Below, piece by piece: positions 54,129-57,079 of a stretch of 57,079 nt of DNA (the first letter of the stretch is position 1; each line of letters opens with the position of its first letter). Both the position numbers and the translations under genes were made by a program. Below the pieces are notes generated by a model. The model saw only the letters and a program-made list of their open reading frames with translations. It ran no database searches and was not told the origin of the DNA. Source of the DNA: a virus (lineage: Duplodnaviria > Caudoviricetes); IMG/VR virus record IMGVR_UViG_3300017781_000010, positions 1 to 57,079 of that record. One strand, 5' to 3'.

Positions 54129-54629
54129 TTATTTATCAAAATTATGCAATACCGTGATAGGCTTACCTGTATCAGGAGCAGAACTAAATGATAGATAAAA
54201 TCCAGGCACTTTACCTACTGGATTTTGTATTAGTGTATAGTTTGTTGTTGCAATTTGGAACACGTTTTCAACAAATACCAGTATATTTCTAGCCGCACTC
54301 GGTGCTGGAAAGTTAGTATCTCCATTAACTAATGGGCCAAATACTGTTTCAGTTGAATCTCCGTTTCCTAAATTTTGCTGTACAATTTCTGTTGGTTCTT
54401 TTTTACGTACTTCGCCCCATGCTCCGTCTGCGTATATTTCAAAAGCCTCAACGTCTGTGTTATATCTTAATGTTCCATTTTCTGGAAACACTGATCTTTC
54501 TGATGTACTACCAATTGGCACAATCATACCAGTTTCTCCGCCCATTCGGTTGATTCCCTGTATATCAAACTTAATGCCGGTACCTTTAATATTTCTTATA
54601 TTAGTACTTTGTGCTTTTATTAATCTCAT
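54129..54629 (-). CDS. Fibre/baseplate linker protein
   Basis: 'VPIGSTSER...GTLRYNTD...FE.Y..G.W' motif shared with the C-termini of the long fibres; 'GNGDSTE.VF...ILVFVENVFQ'. Confidence 0.6.
   Translation of the reverse strand: MRLIKAQSTNIRNIKGTGIKFDIQGINRMGGETGMIVPIGSTSERSVFPENGTLRYNTDVEAFEIYADGAWGEVRKKEPTEIVQQNLGNGDSTETVFGPLVNGDTNFPAPSAARNILVFVENVFQIATTNYTLIQNPVGKVPGFYLSFSSAPDTGKPITVLHNFDK
54130..54137 (-). promoter_or_regulatory. Late promoter GATAAATA overlapping the last codons (GAT AAA TAA) of the upstream gene
   Basis: Followed by an AGGAG RBS and ATG at 54111. Confidence 0.55.
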
Positions 54630-54630
54630 A

Positions 54631-54969
54631 TTATACCTCTAAGAAACTAACAGTCGCTACTAAATTTGTTGGTGATTCACCTAATGCTACAATTTTGTCT
54701 CCTGCTTCTAAAACAATTTTTTCACTATCAAAAGTAAATGTTTCTCCTGCAGGTAATACTAAATTATTAATTACTTTATTTGTATTACTCTTTGCGTCTC
54801 CGCTTTTTACAAAGTGTAAATCAAAATTTGTTAATCCATGTTCTTGATGAACTGGATTTGGTGTATCAATGTTACAAACCATAATTGTCAAAACAGCATA
54901 AGATTTGCCGCCTGGGACAAGTAGTAAGTTTGTATCTGTACTCGCTATTGCTGTGGATGCTATGGCCAT
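54631..54969 (-). CDS. Small beta-sandwich connector (paralog family)
   Basis: 'LLLVP...LTIMVCN...SEKIVLEAGDKIVA'. Confidence 0.6.
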   Translation of the reverse strand: MAIASTAIASTDTNLLLVPGGKSYAVLTIMVCNIDTPNPVHQEHGLTNFDLHFVKSGDAKSNTNKVINNLVLPAGETFTFDSEKIVLEAGDKIVALGESPTNLVATVSFLEV

Positions 54970-54980
54970 ATTTTCTTTCC

Positions 54981-55958
54981 TTAAAATAACATGCTCAATA
55001 ATAGAGCATTCTTTCTACTTATTATTTCTCCAGCAGTAGTATTAGCATGTTTGAAAAACAAACCTGTACCACCTGTTTCAGGAGTTTTAACATAAAGTTT
55101 CAACCCGTCTGCTGGACCTGCTGGATCTGCTAACGCATCATCAATCGCAGGCGTTGATGTTAGTGTCATATTATCAAGTACCTTTATACCTCCGGTACCT
55201 GGTGCTGACAAAATTAAATCTTGATCTGATGTTGTAGTTTCAATCATATTATCTGAGATTTTAATATCTTGAATTTCGAATCTATCTGCAAATACTTGAC
55301 CTGCGTTTTGTGAATCTAAGTCAAAGTTGATAACACTCTGTACTCCTGATACTTCTCGATCTCGTACTTCAACAAATGATTTTGTTGTACTACCTTCTTC
55401 AATTCTTCTTTGGAATGTACTTGTTAAAGCATTTACAATTTCATCATCTACATATTTTTTGTTAGGTATATGATCGTCATCTGTAACACTGCCTTCATAA
55501 TTATTAGTACCTGTTACGCTTATAACACCCGTACCACTATTAATTAGATATAAGTCTCCGCCATTACTATCAATTGAAACAGTTCTAATACCTAAAAGTG
55601 TGTTTGCAAGATTTTTAAATACAAAACCTCCAGTAACACTAGTATCAGTAACTGGATCAGTCCATGTAAAAGTTTCATCAAAAACTATTTGTGCATCAGT
55701 AAGTGAACCTCTATCAACTTGTAATCCTGATTGATTTAAAGTAACACCTGCACCAGTTTCTCCATGATTGACTTTTATAATATTATCTGCAACATCTAAG
55801 TCTGTACTATTAACAACAGTTTGTGTGCCAGCAACAGTGATATTGCCTGTGAATACAACATTGCCTGCAACTGGACCTGTGTCTAAAGTAATTGTTCCGC
55901 CAGGAGTTACTTTTACAATATAATCATTACTTGGTATGCTTACTACACTTGCACTCAT
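54981..55958 (-). CDS. Fibre-related structural protein
   Basis: 'VAGTQTVVNSTDLDVADNII...GLQVDRG'; one 'TTSDQDLILSAPGTG' repeat; hydrophobic C-terminus 'ALLLSMLF'. Confidence 0.65.
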   Translation of the reverse strand: MSASVVSIPSNDYIVKVTPGGTITLDTGPVAGNVVFTGNITVAGTQTVVNSTDLDVADNIIKVNHGETGAGVTLNQSGLQVDRGSLTDAQIVFDETFTWTDPVTDTSVTGGFVFKNLANTLLGIRTVSIDSNGGDLYLINSGTGVISVTGTNNYEGSVTDDDHIPNKKYVDDEIVNALTSTFQRRIEEGSTTKSFVEVRDREVSGVQSVINFDLDSQNAGQVFADRFEIQDIKISDNMIETTTSDQDLILSAPGTGGIKVLDNMTLTSTPAIDDALADPAGPADGLKLYVKTPETGGTGLFFKHANTTAGEIISRKNALLLSMLF

Positions 55959-55967
55959 TTACTTCAC

Positions 55968-56330
55968 CTATATCGCAGTTAATATCATTAACGACTCTGT
56001 AGAATCATCTTGACATTCCCATGTGTATCTATTTCCATCGAAATCAACTGCTGTTCTATTATGTACTTTCTTAATAATTTTTGGACTACTTCCAGGGGCT
56101 ATGCCAATTAATGATGCTTCGAACTCGGCGCTCGGCGAAATTTTATTCACCAAGCGACAAATTCTTGTAATATTTCCAGCATCATTAGAACATAGGAACT
56201 TACCGTTACCACGTTGACTTACTACTTTACCTTCAATTAGACTTGATCCATCATGAAATCGAATCGGTATTGTTGGTGCCGCATCAACGCCAGTTGCTCC
56301 AAAGTTCTTTTTATTAACTGGTCTACCCAT
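55968..56330 (-). CDS. Hypothetical virion protein, MGRP-family paralog
   Basis: Starts 'MGRPVNKKNFG'; 'VVSQRGNGKF'. Confidence 0.6.
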   Translation of the reverse strand: MGRPVNKKNFGATGVDAAPTIPIRFHDGSSLIEGKVVSQRGNGKFLCSNDAGNITRICRLVNKISPSAEFEASLIGIAPGSSPKIIKKVHNRTAVDFDGNRYTWECQDDSTESLMILTAI

Positions 56331-56338
56331 GTTAGTCC

Positions 56339-56800
56339 TTATGCGTCTTCAGTGAAATCATCATCATCTGTACCAGATAATGTGTTGTCATCACCTGCTT
56401 CTTCCATACGTACAACACCGGCACTTGCCGCTGATCCCATTTGGAATTTAAGTGATGTTCCTGCTAATGCATTTGAGCCAGTTGCACTTGGTGAAGCAAC
56501 AGTAACTTTACGTCCTGTAATTTTACTTACGCCATATGTTTCTGAATCAGCACCTGCTACTGAAATTGACATTTGTCCTGCCGCTAAGGCCGCAGGCAAT
56601 ACACCAGTTTTTAATGTACAATCAAATGTACCTGCTGTTCCGATTTCTTCGCAACGGAATTTTTTTGAACCTAGTTGTTTTACAATATATCCTTCTTTAA
56701 CGGCTGTTCCGTTATGAAAGTTTACTTTGATTTCAGATCCGCTTGCTGTAGGACCTACGCCTGCTTTTCCAAAATTTCGTTTATTTAATGGTCTTCCCAT
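56339..56800 (-). CDS. Hypothetical virion protein, MGRP-family paralog with acidic tail
   Basis: Starts 'MGRPLNKRNFG'; 'IVKQLGSKKF'; strong AAGGAG RBS. Confidence 0.65.
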   Translation of the reverse strand: MGRPLNKRNFGKAGVGPTASGSEIKVNFHNGTAVKEGYIVKQLGSKKFRCEEIGTAGTFDCTLKTGVLPAALAAGQMSISVAGADSETYGVSKITGRKVTVASPSATGSNALAGTSLKFQMGSAASAGVVRMEEAGDDNTLSGTDDDDFTEDA

Positions 56801-56885
56801 TTGTTTCTCCTTGTTACGTTCTAAGTAATACGCAGTGGGTCAATTCTGCATAAGTCCGTTTGTACGGCACGATTATCGACACAAG
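56801..56885 (-). ncRNA. Candidate structured 5' leader RNA (possible pseudoknot)
   Basis: Stems CCGT/ACGG, TATGCAG/CTGCGTA, TTAC/GTAA; loop ATTGAC is complementary to upstream GTCGAT. Confidence 0.45.
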
Positions 56886-56893
56886 TATTTATC
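56886..56893 (-). promoter_or_regulatory. Late promoter GATAAATA at the head of the fibre operon
   Basis: Just downstream of a terminator, 85 nt upstream of ATG 56800. Confidence 0.7.
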
Positions 56894-56923
56894 ATCTATA
56901 CACATTAAGGAAAAATTGTCAAG

Positions 56924-56948
56924 AAAAAAGACTCCGAAGAGTCTTTTT
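56924..56948 (-). terminator. Intrinsic (bidirectional) terminator with cUUCGg tetraloop
   Basis: Minus strand AAAAAGACTC-TTCG-GAGTCTTTTTT. Confidence 0.9.
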
Positions 56949-56954
56949 AAAGTA

Positions 56955-57079
56955 TAAGCAAAATAGGTAGGACTTGGTTACACCTACAAGCACGTACCCG
57001 AATACCATTCTAATACGTACAACCTAACCCCGCTAGTGACTGCGATGTGATACTGCGTATTTCTACTACAGCACCTGGG
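56955..57079 (-). ncRNA. 3' part of a probable structured non-coding RNA, truncated by the window edge
   Basis: GC-richer than its flanks; GAAA-tetraloop stem, GTACGTA/TACGTGC stem with G:U pairs, GTAGG/CCTAC stem; ends at a terminator; no convincing ORF end. Confidence 0.5.

Noticed and set aside
884-56717. Many antisense or alternate-frame ORFs in the ORF track (e.g. 5593-5919, 34209-34703, 45704-46129, 50045-50686, 53103-53363, 56253-56717)
   Set aside because: They lie opposite or inside long, motif-supported genes, have shadow-like composition (V/L/P/S-rich) and lack RBS or promoters
56895-56922. Possible sigma70 promoter (TTGACA at 56922-56917, minus strand) ahead of the fibre operon
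   Set aside because: The best -10 (TATAGA at 16-nt spacing) lacks the conserved final T; the adjacent GATAAATA late motif explains expression better
57020-57045. 'TAGCGGGGTTA' resembles the 3' end of c-di-GMP-I riboswitches
   Set aside because: The other hallmark elements and stem arrangement are not evident, and the element continues into further stems; kept only as an unclassified ncRNA candidate
1-57079. Stop-codon reassignment, as in some jumbo phages
   Set aside because: Genes up to 7.4 kb are intact in the standard code, coding density is high, and TAA, TAG and TGA all end genes at sensible positions
1-57079. CRISPR array, tRNA/rRNA genes, integrase or transposase
   Set aside because: No repeat-spacer periodicity, cloverleaf/T-loop signature or recombinase motifs seen; all repeats are coding repeats

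Overview
This window is a 57-kb, AT-rich piece of the virion-morphogenesis region of a large T4-like (probably jumbo, aquatic) myophage. It carries recognisable T4-type genes: small terminase gp16-like, head completion gp4, tail tube gp19, an enlarged tail sheath gp18, dNMP kinase gp1, and neck/tail terminator gp13/gp14/gp15. About 40 kb encodes a modular fibre apparatus: paralogous pairs of 1,300-1,700 aa repeat proteins, small connector proteins, a 2,473 aa protein and three cysteine-rich paralogs of exactly 318 aa. Embedded among these genes are enzyme cassettes: an ADP-heptose pathway (hldE, hldD, gmhB, plus a cupin where gmhA would be expected), a GT9 heptosyltransferase-like / SGNH-like / carbamoyltransferase trio directly behind two Cys-rich genes, three 2OG-Fe(II) oxygenases and a methyltransferase. 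My best candidate for an undescribed system is a phage-encoded heptosylation/carbamoylation kit acting on Cys-rich fibre tips; this is inference. I also see T4-like late promoters (NATAAATA), two perfectly spaced leaderless sigma70 promoters, promoter-in-hairpin switches, two structured 5' leaders and the 3' end of a probable structured ncRNA at the right edge. No tRNA, rRNA, CRISPR array or integrase/transposase was seen. All family calls come from motif recognition by eye, not from database searches.
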